DNA from: Octopus bimaculoides
Taxonomy: Eukaryota
Reading direction: 5' to 3'
Assembly: GCF_001194135.2 (NCBI RefSeq)
Contig: NC_068992.1
Coordinates: 50,331,933 to 50,386,229 of the forward strand
DNA: 54,297 bases
Shown here: one piece after another, positions 13,442 through 25,042 of the stretch
Numbering within the stretch: position 1 is the stretch's first letter
Layout: each line of letters starts with the position of its first letter
Notes under the pieces: model-generated
Databases searched by the model: none
Seen by the model: the letters and a program-made list of their open reading frames with translations, nothing else
What the model was told of the DNA's origin: nothing
Position numbers and translations under genes: made by a program

Positions 13442-13639
13442 GAATGGTGTGGTTAGTATAACTGTTCCAATTCCGTCAGCTTTATTGATAAAAATATGTT
13501 GAAAGTATAAGTTTTGAATTTAAAATATTTTAAAATTTCTAAGCGTTAAAAATATTGCTATTGTGCCTCGATTACAGACACTATTTTAATTAACAACACT
13601 TACAGAACTATACTCATATTAAGATTTATTTATCCGACA
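13442..13639. repeat. 198-bp direct repeat, copy 2
   Basis: Matches 12598-12795. Confidence 0.95.
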
Positions 13640-13643
13640 TACG

Positions 13644-13676
13644 AAAATCGGACATTTCATTCTTAATGACCTGATA
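13644..13676 (-). mobile_element. Probable mariner 5' terminal inverted repeat with adjacent TA
   Basis: The minus strand reads TA-TATCAGGTCATTAAGAATGAAATGTCCGATTTT, resembling mariner TIRs; no partner TIR is visible. Confidence 0.55.
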
Positions 13677-13984
13677 TANNNNNNNNNNNNNNNNNNNNNN
13701 NNNNNNNNNNNNNNNNNNNNNNNNNNNNNNNNNNNNNNNNNNNNNNNNNNNNNNNNNNNNNNNNNNNNNNNNNNNNNNNNNNNNNNNNNNNNNNNNNNNN
13801 NNNNNNNNNNNNNNNNNNNNNNNNNNNNNNNNNNNNNNNNNNNNNNNNNNNNNNNNNNNNNNNNNNNNNNNNNNNNNNNNNNNNNNNNNNNNNNNNNNNN
13901 NNNNNNNNNNNNNNNNNNNATATAGCTTAATAATTGTTGGTAATTGAACCTAGTGAATTAACATTTCTACCAAGTCACTATTTC

Positions 13985-14212
13985 ATCTTTGTTCCTAGAT
14001 ACTAGTTTCAAATTTTGGCATCAGGCCAGAGATTTCTGAGGAGAGAATAAGTCAATTACATCAACCCCTGTACTCAGCTGGTACTCATTTTATCGACCGC
14101 TACAGGAGGAAAGGCAAAGTCAACGCCGGTGGCATTTGAACTCAGAACGTAAAGTCGGAAGAAATGTCGCTAAGCATTTCGTCTGGTGCGGTAACGATTC
14201 TACCAGATCGTC
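13985..14212 (-). mobile_element. SINE family D (tRNA head plus Meta/MESC-like central domain)
   Basis: Minus strand GAGTTCAAATGCCACCGGCGTTGACTTTGCCTTTCCTCC...CGGTCGATAAAATGAGTACCAG; related copies at 18625, 39455, 40815 and 53115. The domain name is from recall. Confidence 0.75.
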
Positions 14213-15135
14213 GCCTTTGTTTTTCTAAATATTGAATGTGAAATTTAGCACAAGCATCCAAAAGAATTATCTCTTCAGTAAATGGATTGAATACAATAAA
14301 ATTTCGCCTTCGTAGTTTAAACATTGATAAACCAGAAAGATTGTCAGTTTGTCTTTTTTTTCGTAGTTTTGTTTTTGGCGTGTCTGTTTGCTTCAGTCAA
14401 TTTTACAAGACTTTTATGTACATTTGAGAGATTAGCTGCCAAAACAATATTTAGAGGTCTGTACGGCAGAAATTGTGACAATCTTACCACAAAACAAAGT
14501 TTAAATCTTGTTCTTGATGTTTCACTAAATTGCTTCATTTGCCAGTGTTTTATATCTCAAAAGCCGCTGTAGCTTCCTTTAATTTTCTTTTCGGCTTTGG
14601 AACAATAAGATGAAAGATTTAGCTTTTTAAACTTTATTTTTTTATAATTGCTCTATTTCTTTTTTCTTTCCGTTACTCTGTTACTCCCTCTCCATCTCCC
14701 CTCTTTCAGAATTAACTTTACATTTATATTTCTCAAGATTGCTTTTGTGCAACAAATAAATTAAAATCTATTGAATATTTTAAGACAATCATTTAAGATA
14801 TTTTGATAAATGTGTCTGCTGTTTGGGAAACTGTAACACACTGCACTGAATCCCAACGTATTATCTTTTATAATTATTTATCTTTCAAAAATTTTCCAAA
14901 ATTTGGACATACTTTTAAAAAATTTCTCTTTTACTGATTACAACTGTCTGATGTACTATTGATTTCCAAATTAACAGAATGAATTTAACTGAAGCATCTG
15001 AGAATACATGCATATATATGTATATATATATAGTGTGTGTGTATGTATATATATGTATGTATTTATCTATCTATTTATTTACTTCCTTCTCCCTCTCCCT
15101 CCCACCGTCCCTCGATCTGTCTGTCAGTCTGTCCG

Positions 15136-15186
<51 letters not shown>

Positions 15187-17513
15187 GTATATANNNNNNN
15201 NNNNNNNNNNNNNNNNNNNNNNNNNNNNNNNNNNNNNNNNNNNNNNNNNNNNNNNNNNNNNNNNNNNNNNNNNNNNNNNNNNNNNNNNNNNNNNNNNNNN
15301 NNNNNNNNNNNNNNNNNNNNNNNNNNNNNNNNNNNNNNNNNNNNNNNNNNNNNNNNNNNNNNNNNNNNNNNNNNNNNNNNNNNNNNNNNNNNNNNNNNNN
15401 NNNNNNNNNNNNNNNNNNNNNNNNNNNNNNNNNNNNNNNNNNNNNNNNNNNNNNNNNNNNNNNNNNNNNNNNNNNNNNNNNNNNNNNNNNNNNNNNNNNN
15501 NNNNNNNNNNNNNNNNNNNNNNNNNNNNNNNNNNNNNNNNNNNNNNNNNNNNNNNNNNNNNNNNNNNNNNNNNNNNNNNNNNNNNNNNNNNNNNNNNNNN
15601 NNNNNNNNNNNNNNNNNNNNNNNNNNNNNNNNNNNNNNNNNNNNNNNNNNNNNNNNNNNNNNNNNNNNNNNNNNNNNNNNNNNNNNNNNNNNNNNNNNNN
15701 NNNNNNNNNNNNNNNNNNNNNNNNNNNNNNNNNNNNNNNNNNNNNNNNNNNNNNNNNNNNNNNNNNNNNNNNNNNNNNNNNNNNNNNNNNNNNNNNNNNN
15801 NNNNNNNNNNNNNNNNNNNNNNNNNNNNNNNNNNNNNNNNNNNNNNNNNNNNNNNNNNNNNNNNNNNNNNNNNNNNNNNNNNNNNNNNNNNNNNNNNNNN
15901 NNNNNNNNNNNNNNNNNNNNNNNNNNNNNNNNNNNNNNNNNNNNNNNNNNNNNNNNNNNNNNNNNNNNNNNNNNNNNNNNNNNNNNNNNNNNNNNNNNNN
16001 NNNNNNNNNNNNNNNNNNNNNNNNNNNNNNNNNNNNNNNNNNNNNNNNNNNNNNNNNNNNNNNNNNNNNNNNNNNNNNNCTATATATATATATGCGCCTT
16101 AATATTAGTATTATATATATATATTACTAATATTAAGGCGCATATATATCAATCTTGACTGCTACTCGAAAATAGCAATGTCTTCTTAAGATCTAAAATT
16201 CACAAAATAATGTTTTCTTTTTCCTGACTCTAAAACTAGAAAAATAAATCATCTGATTAGTTAAAATCATAGTAAATCCTAATTTCATCTCCTGGTCAAT
16301 GCAATTTCATTTCAGAAGATAATTGCGTTGCACAGTTGTATTCTTACTTATTATTATTAAACACTCGACCATAAAAGAAGATCGGAACCTCTTGACATCT
16401 AAGTAGTCGTATTCAGTCAGTTATATGTTATGTGAAGGAGAAGAAAACAACGACCTTGTGTTCAGTCTATTACCTTCTTACCTGGAACAGACAGGTAATT
16501 CATAAATACGTGAAAGCTTTTCAAAAACGTGTATTCATAGTAAACCGTAATTAGTACGAAAATTTTCGTGAAATTTTACATAGTTTTCCTCCTCATATAG
16601 TAACATATCCGAATATTCTTTCCACCTTTGTTGATAAAAATTACCACGAGTTTTCTCAAATTCTTGTGAATATATTTATAAAAGGATACAAATTATACTA
16701 GAATTTCACGTAGTATTTAACATTTGAAAGCTAACATCAAACTACAAAACTAATTGTCTTAATTTTTATTTAAATTCTGTCAAATTTAAATAAAAATGAA
16801 GAATCTTAAATCATTGTATACAAACATGTATTTTATGTTTTAAAATTCTTTCGTTAAGACAGAGTTCTGACAACAGCGCTTGAGAACTATCCGTTTCTCT
16901 GTTTTACTCACTGAATATTGATTTAAGAACCGTGTCAGGAAACCGATGCTAGCTAAAATCTAGGCTAAAAAACAGCGTTGCTAATTACAGGAATTTTAGA
17001 TTAGATAAAATTCCTCTAAAAATATGTTGAAATGTAGCAATAAATTATAATGTTTGAGGGTAAAAACACGCAGAAATTCAAATTCAGTTAGAAGAACGAA
17101 AACAAAAATGATGAATAAGAAAAGAAAAAGTTTGTAAATTTTATTAGAAGTCTGCAGAAACGTAAAATATTCCAGGTTAATTGCCAGATAAGATTTCGGT
17201 AACTCAATAGCAGTCAATTTATTAATTCCAATTGAGAGTCTACCAGTGAAAGAAATCAACCAATCTGAAAGGAAGGAAGTAAACATTTAAAGAAAGAAAT
17301 AGAAAAGTAAAGTAATCAATAGCAAAAATATAAAAAAAGAGAAAAACCCTAGTCACTTTTTCTATTTCTGAAATAGAGCACCAAAGAATTTTTTCTACAG
17401 CAATGAAAGCATGGCACCGTTTCTCAAAATTTTATGTTTTATTTGGCATTTTAGCTTATTAAATGATAAAAATTTCTTTGATCTGGCATAAGTCCAATTT
17501 TATGGGGAGTGTG

Positions 17514-17593
<80 letters not shown>
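17514..17593. repeat. (ATT)n microsatellite
   Basis: Seen directly in the sequence. Confidence 0.95.
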
Positions 17594-17594
<1 letters not shown>

Positions 17595-17889
17595 TCGACT
17601 CTATATCAACTCTTTCTACACTTTTACTCAATCATGTGCAATGGTCGTATTATTTCTCAGATCATCCAAACAAGAGAAATCCAATAATGGGTAAACTAGC
17701 AGACGAATAATGGCTTCGATTGTTCCATAATCTCAGAACGGTAATGCCAAACTATGTCCCATTTCACTTTGGTCTTTCTGGTTATGTTAAATGCAACACG
17801 CAGACGATAAAAATAATTTTCATTAATTGTATGTGATATTTTGAGCACATTAATAACTTTTCTGATAATTTTATCACGGTATCAGATAT

Positions 17890-18230
17890 TGCCGAAGTAT
17901 TTTCTTACGTTTTCTTTCACGTGGATTGTAGATATTATGATAAGATGACTCGATTATTTTTGTATTCCAGCTTCAACCGAAAGGTCCCTTCTGATATCAA
18001 GCGGAACAATACCAGCCAACAGGTGAAGATTATTAAAGACTGCAAATGGTGTCCAGAAATCATAGATGCAAAGATCTATTCCATACTGGACACAATGGAT
18101 ATTCTATAGCAGAATATTCTGTTTATATTCAGAATGTTTAAAGTCTTGTACTCTCCTAGAATGTCGTTAGATTTTGCAGAATATTATTCGTGTGTCCACT
18201 TTAATTCCCATATTTTCGAAACATCTCCCC
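17890..18230 (-). mobile_element. Decayed non-LTR retrotransposon, C-terminal to RT (RTE-X/jockey-like region)
   Basis: Frameshifted minus-strand peptides TNNILQNLT, YSAIEYPLCPVWNRSLH and LHLLAGIVPLDIRRD resemble TRNNILRKL / YSxAEYCAPVW / LPVLAGIAPPDIRR. Confidence 0.6.
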
Positions 18231-18624
18231 AAAACTAGTCTATGCTCTAATTAAATAGTAATATAATTGCCATTCTGTCGTCAGTCGAGCTGAGAACCAT
18301 GTTATATGTGATGCTACTTTAATCAAATCGGATATGGACTTAACACAGCAAGATAGAAGTTAGATTCGCTAATGTATTTAACAAAGTGCTTCACTATTTG
18401 CATCATCTGTTACCCACACAGTTGAGCGAATGAGATCCACCTTTAGTATGATCTCCTTCACCCGAAGGAAATGGTAGACACATGTGTCATTGATGAGGCC
18501 AGGGGTGGTGACGAAAGGAATCTTACTAACATACCTGATTAGTCTTTTGTGTTAACAATAATTCAAATACTCGATTAGCCAATTAGTTATGTTATTAATT
18601 AGAGACTAATAATTCTGTCTAAGT

Positions 18625-18785
18625 TTTGGAATCAGGTCAGTAATTTTGAAGTGGCTCTTAATTTATCAACTGCGTAAGGATGAAAGGCAAAGCCGACTTT
18701 CGCAGGATTTGAAATTAGAACGTGAAAAACCGGAAGAATTGCCGCTAAGCATTTCCTCCGGCACGGTAACGGTCCTGCCGGTTAG
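18625..18785 (-). mobile_element. SINE family D
   Basis: GGATGAAAGGCAAAGCCGAC...GGATTTGAA...CCGCTAAGCATTTC, colinear with 13985-14212. Confidence 0.7.
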
Positions 18786-18944
18786 AGCCCGTAACTCGTG
18801 AATTGATATTAAAGAGTAAATCAGTGTGTATTTTTTTTCTGGGCATAATGACTATCCCCAACAACATCAAACTTAAAATTATAACAAAGTTTTAGTAAAA
18901 CCAAATCTCTTATCTTTTATCGATTATTCATTTCAGTTAGGTAA

Positions 18945-19242
18945 GAATCTTAGTCGAACGAATCGACTCCAGTACTTACATTTTAAAGTTTGGTATTTAT
19001 TCTATCGGTCACTTTTGCCATACCGCTAAGTTACGTGGAAGTAAAACACACACAGATACGCACACAAACACACATAGGCACACACGCACACGTATACGAC
19101 GTGTTCCCAAATCCATTCACAAGACATTAATCTATCCGAAACTACAGCAGAAAACATTTATTCCAAGTTGTCATGTGATGGGATTAAACCGGGATCCATA
19201 TGGTTGGGAAGTAAACTTTTAACCACACAGCCACACATGCGC
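18945..19242 (-). mobile_element. SINE family B, decayed
   Basis: TTATTCTATCGGTCACTTTTGCCATACCGCTAAGTTACG...(AC)n...CATATGGTTGGGAAGTAAACTTTTAACCACACAGCCAC. Confidence 0.75.
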
Positions 19243-20221
19243 TTATCTGATCTGAAAACTTAAAATTTCGAAATTTTACCAATATTTTCGTCTTGGATCA
19301 GAGAGTTATATAAATATTTTAATATTTTACTTTCACTGATTTTGACTTACAAAAGCTCCACATGACATATCGGAATATTTATTTTTCTTTATAAAATAGT
19401 AGATTCTGAAAGATAAATAAAATTAAATGCCTGTTTGTGGTTCTCAAGAACATATACACATATGTGCGTGTATATATATATATATATAAACATGTATATA
19501 TATATATGTATGTAAGTAGGCATATATATATTATATATATATTATGTATGTATGTATATATACGGCTATGTGTGTGTATGTGTGAAGCAACATTTGGAAT
19601 CACCGAAACAGTGAAAGATATGAATCTTTAATACCTTTTGAAAAATTAGATAACATTTTTTCTGCTTAAGCAAATACTAGATATTTCAATTTGCAAAGAT
19701 ATTTGTTGATATTCACAAAAAAAAAAAACAACAAACATCTTCTGTAAGTAATTTATTATTCCATTCATATGTAGATATTTTTCGTTTTAACAAAATCCTG
19801 TAATATTTTCTGTTGATGTACTCAAAGAGGGTAAGTGCAAACAATCGTCTATGATAAAAGTTCTAGTTTTGTAAATAAAGGGACAGCAATAGATATTAGA
19901 AAAGAATTGTTTTACTTTAAATAGTAAAACCAGGCGTGCACTTGACCGTTGTTATATAAATAGTATATTGCATACACTAAATGACAATCTGATAATCGGT
20001 AGATGATTATCATTGATATGTGACAATAACGCATCTTGTAGTCTTGCGTTTGTCATATATGTATATATGTAATTACACGAATTAAGATATTCTCCGCCGC
20101 TTAGACCGTCTGTCAGGATATGAAGTACCGAACATACACAAATATTAGTTCAAACTTATTTGAGTAATACTGCGTGTTTTCTATACTGGGTATATCTCGC
20201 TCTCACCTATTGTCTGTGTAC

Positions 20222-20254
<33 letters not shown>

Positions 20255-20444
20255 TGTATGTATGTATGTATATTTCCTCTTATTTCTTTTACTTAAGTCG
20301 TTTGACTGCAGCTATGCTGTAGCACGCGCATACACATGTATATATATANNNNNNNNNNNNNNNNNNNNNNNNNNNNNNNNNNNNNNNNNNNNNNNNNNNN
20401 NNNNNNNNNNNNNNNNNNNNNNNNNNNNNNNNNNNNNNNNNNNN

Positions 20445-20477
<33 letters not shown>

Positions 20478-21007
20478 CAAACACACACACACATATACAT
20501 ATATTGTTATATACACACACATATATATATATACATCTTGTTTTATATTAAAATGTCCTGCCAAATGATGAGAGAATAAACTTATGCTAAAATGCTTCTA
20601 CATAACGGCAATTCTATTCAATTGCTCGGAGGTATATTCCTAGTGAGACTTATTTAGTATCTGGGTGTATTCCAGCTGTTCCATTTAGGTTGGCTGCTGA
20701 AAATATTCTCTCATTGATTGATATAAAACCTGAACTATCGTAAACTAGTGATCAATTAACTATGAAAATTAAAGAATATTGTAATTCTTTTTCACATATT
20801 TTCAATTAACCCAGCTCTTTTAACCTCAACACCTAAAACAAATCGAATTCACGAATAAGCTGTTATTCACGATTACACACGCACACACACACATAAATAC
20901 ACACACACACACGCACACACACACACACGTACGCACGCACGCAAACGCATATACGTACATATGTATATGCACGTATATGTATATGTATATGAATATATCT
21001 ACATACA

Positions 21008-21041
<34 letters not shown>

Positions 21042-21439
21042 ATGCACACACATATAGATATAGTTATGCATACACACTTATATGTATACATACATACACA
21101 TACACATGCACAAACACACACGCACACACACACATACACACACACACACACACACATATACATACATACACAGAGGTATTTAGTTTCAACTGATTCACGA
21201 AAAATACATTAAGTGTTTTGGTAATTATTTCTGCCGAATCTATTTTGATAAGAACTTTTAATAGCTATGAAGTCTGATTATTTTATCTTGTTTAAATTGA
21301 CATCTTCAGTGATGTGGAATTTTTTTCCAAAACAAAGTATGATCAGATATAAATACTCATTACAGTCATAGAATAGTTTTGTGTAATTATATCTGCTATT
21401 GAGAAAGAAAAAAAAAAATTTCCAGTGGACTTGATAATA

Positions 21440-21560
21440 TGATGAAGGAACAGATAGTGATATTGTTGCTAGAATTAACAACGCTGCTTTGTTTGAGCTA
21501 TCAGGAAATGGCAATCAATTTAAATGGAACTACCGTATTATTTTAACAAACAACCGAAAC
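21440..21560 (+). mobile_element. RTE-clade LINE relic
   Basis: YDEGTDSDIVARINNA resembles the RTE DGGxDxDIxARIxKA motif. Confidence 0.4.
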
Positions 21561-21699
21561 GTATTCTATCCCAATTCAGTACATTGTCTTCAGATGTGTA
21601 GAGCGAACATTGTAGAAATTAACTTTCAATATTAACTTCAGACAAGAAACAGGAGGCCAACGTCAGTAACATAAAGTGAAAAAGAAAAGTTTATGCAAT

Positions 21700-22110
21700 A
21701 CTGAATAGACTAAATAATCATGAATAGTATGTCAAAGGGAAGTCAACAACGTGGTTGTTTCCAGAGCAAACTGTGAGAACGGCATCTCTCTTCAATAAAA
21801 GAGACTTGATACCATCTCAAAATAACTGTTCCATAGATGTAGGGACTTTGAAGATCAAGTTGCTGGGTAGATTTTTGACATCAGCATGATAAATGTGGCG
21901 AAGTTATTGACAAGTTGGTCAATTCGGTGGATCAGAAAAGATCGCAGGACGCTCGCCAGTGTTCATAGTCGGAATGACGAATTATGTTGTATTTCTATGT
22001 GAACTGTAAAAGTATGAATTATAGTGATTTCGGATGAGGGGTAACAGCATTTTTTCTAGTCGCCGAAATCCTAAGGATTCTGGAAAGAATGCTGGTTAAC
22101 GAAATGGGGT
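21700..22110 (-). mobile_element. CR1/L2-group LINE endonuclease-region relic
   Basis: Degenerate frameshifted peptides (IHRIDQLVNN resembling LHDLEQLVQHPT; WNSYF; TIHD) occur in the expected order. Confidence 0.35.
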
Positions 22111-22199
22111 TATTCAGTGATATTAGTTTGTCCCTTCCATTAATTATCGTATATCTTTCTCACCATTATTATAAATTTTTATCCATCTATACGTACATA

Positions 22200-22233
<34 letters not shown>

Positions 22234-22750
22234 AAATAAGGTAAAATCCATACTTGGAATTTTCATAGGAAAATTTCAGAAATTGTTAAATAACGTAACA
22301 AAGAAAGCAAGACAATATTTAGTGCGTCATGTAACCTGACATATAGCATGTTGAAAGCTTAATCCCAAAGATTATTGAAAGCTTAATCTCATCGAATTTG
22401 ACTCACTGTATCAAAGATACCAATTATTTCTTTGACTTTCTTAATGAAGGTTATTCTGAAGCGTAACACTGGAACACAAAGTTACAAGCAAAATAATACG
22501 AAAGATGTGTAGGACTTGTTTGTAATGAATTTGAAGATGAATCGGCATTTCAAACATTGGGAATGAAAGTCATAAAGATATATCATTTATTGTTACTTCA
22601 CCTTAAAAGAATACTTTAAGAGCCGTTAAGAAGAGATAGCCGAAGAATGATTATATAGAATCAAATAAATGATAATTTATACAAATTTATTCACGATTTA
22701 GTTGATTATATAATACCACAAGGGTTATCTGAAGATTAAGCCTTTCTTAA

Positions 22751-22797
22751 TTCTATAAATTCCTTGATTCTTTAAATTCCTTGATTCTATAAATTCC
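22751..22797. repeat. 17-bp minisatellite, about 2.8 copies (TTCTATAAATTCCTTGA)
   Basis: Seen directly; there is one substitution in unit 2. Confidence 0.9.
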
Positions 22798-23299
22798 GCA
22801 ATTCTACTGAGATATACTTCAGAATTGCAATTATGATATCGAATTGATGGAATTGATAGTGTCACTTGAACATTGAAACATGCTTATAACTGACATCTTC
22901 CTTCATTACATTTAATATTCAGACTTAAATATGAATAACACATCTGTCTGGGTTAAAGAACGTTGGAATGGAAAGGAAAATCATATTTAAAGTTATTTAA
23001 TTTTCCTAAAATCTAAAATTAGTTTAATCGGTACTTCACTGGTTGGTTTCAAGTACAGTGTTAATTTTGCTAATTAGGTTAACGTTAATCAGAAGACATA
23101 TGATCAAAACCATACTTCTAATCTGTTAATTGGTTCATATAGTATATGTTTACATTTTCCAGTGCATTGTGAGAGAATTTGGGAGGAGGAAACCGAGCGG
23201 AGCAAGTCGCATTTATGCGTGTATGTATGCGTGTATGTTTATATGTATGTACGTATGTATGTCATTGTTCAGTTTTATTTCAAGATTTCTTGCCAATAG

Positions 23300-23709
23300 A
23301 GAAAGAGTCGGTTTATAACCTAGATTTAAGATTCCTTCAATGGAATTTCAACATCAACAACAGGGTATTTTTGTATGTATTAGACATTCTAATAAGAAGA
23401 AATTCACTACTGGAAGCCGACATAAACTTTAAACCAACCGGCTCACGACAGTACCTACTTTTCACCCAAAGCACACACAAAACAATATTTCATTCAGTCT
23501 AATCAAACGTGTATGCACAATTGTATGAAACCATGAAACAAGAGACCGAAGATTAAATGAAATGAAAGAAATACTTTAAATAAAATAGATACCCCAACTG
23601 ATCGAATTTGCTATTCAGAAAGCCAAACAAATTTATCTTCAAGAACTTTGAACAACAAAACTCAAGAAAGAAAAAAGTTTTGACCCAAGAAACCCCTAAT
23701 TTTTCACCT

Positions 23710-23753
<44 letters not shown>

Positions 23754-23880
23754 AACCTACAAATATTAATACAACGCCAAAAAGAAAAGCTGAAAAGCGT
23801 TTTGAAAAGCATCCAATTATAAAAAGCAAGAGGCGAAGAATTCCACTAAAAAGGAAGTTGGCCAACGCAGTGCTGCAATG
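23300..23880 (+). mobile_element. Penelope-like element relic (RT C-terminus and linker), interrupted by a microsatellite
   Basis: VLDILIRRNSLLEADINFKPTGSRQYLLF resembles PLE FLDILI...TDIYYKPTDSKQYL; then KRVCTIV and RYP-like remnants and IIKSKRRRIPLKRKLANA (resembling IIKSKRQPxNLKxLLTxA). Confidence 0.7.
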
Positions 23881-24135
23881 CACGTTGTGTTCTCTACAAG
23901 GCACTTTATTTCACGTTGCTCCAGTCCCCTTAGCTGGAAAAAAAGAGTAGTACCTGTATTTCAAAGGGTCAGACCTTGCCACATAGTGTGACAGGCTGAA
24001 TTTCCCTGAGAAGTAAGTTAAGGGTACATGTGTCCGTGGAGTGCTCAGCCATTTGCATGTTAATTTCATGAGCATGCTCTTTCGTTGATCGGGTTAACTG
24101 GAATTGAAACTGGAACCCTCGTCATCGTAACCGAC
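23880..24135 (+). mobile_element. SINE with a family C CORE-like middle and a family A 3' tail; head missing
   Basis: GTTGTGTTCTCTACAAGGCACTTTATTTCACGTTGCTCCAG joined to GTACCTGTATTTCAAAGGG...GGAACCCTCGTCATCGTAACCGACGG. Confidence 0.8.
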
Positions 24136-24179
24136 GGGGTGTCAGTTTAAAATCTAAATCTTGGCCCTTATTTTCACTT

Positions 24180-24300
24180 GTTGAGTTGGAAAGAAGTGAC
24201 GGCACTCATGATCTTTGCGGGTTTCTCTGAGACCGGTAAGCTTGATGTTATTCATGTTCCATTGAAACACTTATTTGTCAATACCGACAGGAAAAGCAAT
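24180..24300 (+). mobile_element. Possible Tc1/Tc3-like transposase relic
   Basis: ALMIFAGFSETGKLDV resembles the SVMxWAGFSxxGKxxL region of Tc1-type DDE domains; short match only. Confidence 0.3.
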
Positions 24301-24976
24301 TACAGAGGAAAGATTCAAGGAAGACGATGTTCTGGGGAAATCCATGGAAAGTTTTTTTCTTTTTATGAAGGGCTGGAAACGGTGGGTGTTGCATGCGAAT
24401 AGGGTAAAGCAAGGTGGAAAGACAAGGGAATCAGATAGGCTCGAGTGGAAGATTTACGAGACTGGCTAGCTCTGAGGAAAGGAGGCCATTAAGTAGCAAT
24501 AGAAGAGGGCGAGATAGGTAGGTAATTAGATAGAGAAATAGAGATAGATAAACAAAGAGAGTGAGAGAGAGAGAGAGAGAGAGAGATAGAGAGCGAGAGA
24601 AAGAGAGAGAAAGAGAAAAAGAGACAGAAAGAGATAGAGAGAGAGAGGGCAGACAGAACACCTGTTCACTATGGTTGATAAATTTGATAACAGGATAGCT
24701 ATTAGTTCTTGCAACCACTACACCTACAATCACCACCACTACCATCACTACAGNNNNNNNNNNNNNNNNNNNNNNNNNNNNNNNNNNNNNNNNNNNNNNN
24801 NNNNNNNNNNNNNNNNNNNNNNNNNNNNNNNNNNNNNNNNNNNNNNNNNNNNNNNNNNNNNNNNNNNNNNNNNNNNNNNNNNNNNNNNNNNNNNNNNNNN
24901 NNNNNNNNNNNNNNNNNNNNNNNNNNNNNNNNNNNNNNNNNNNNNNNNNNNNNNNNNNNNNNNNNNNNNNNNNNNN

Positions 24977-24977
<1 letters not shown>

Positions 24978-25041
<64 letters not shown>
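24978..25041. repeat. (TAC)n microsatellite next to a gap
   Basis: Seen directly in the sequence. Confidence 0.95.

Positions 25042-25042
<1 letters not shown>

Noticed and set aside
16350-17267. Strong minus-strand splice acceptors at about 17267 and 16485
   Set aside because: No consistent open, phase-compatible exon follows; they could be UTR or non-coding exons but cannot be supported from sequence alone.
21435-21545. Signal-peptide-like MMKEQIVILLLELTTLLCLSYQEM
   Set aside because: It ends in a stop after 35 codons, and an overlapping frame is better explained as an RTE LINE relic.
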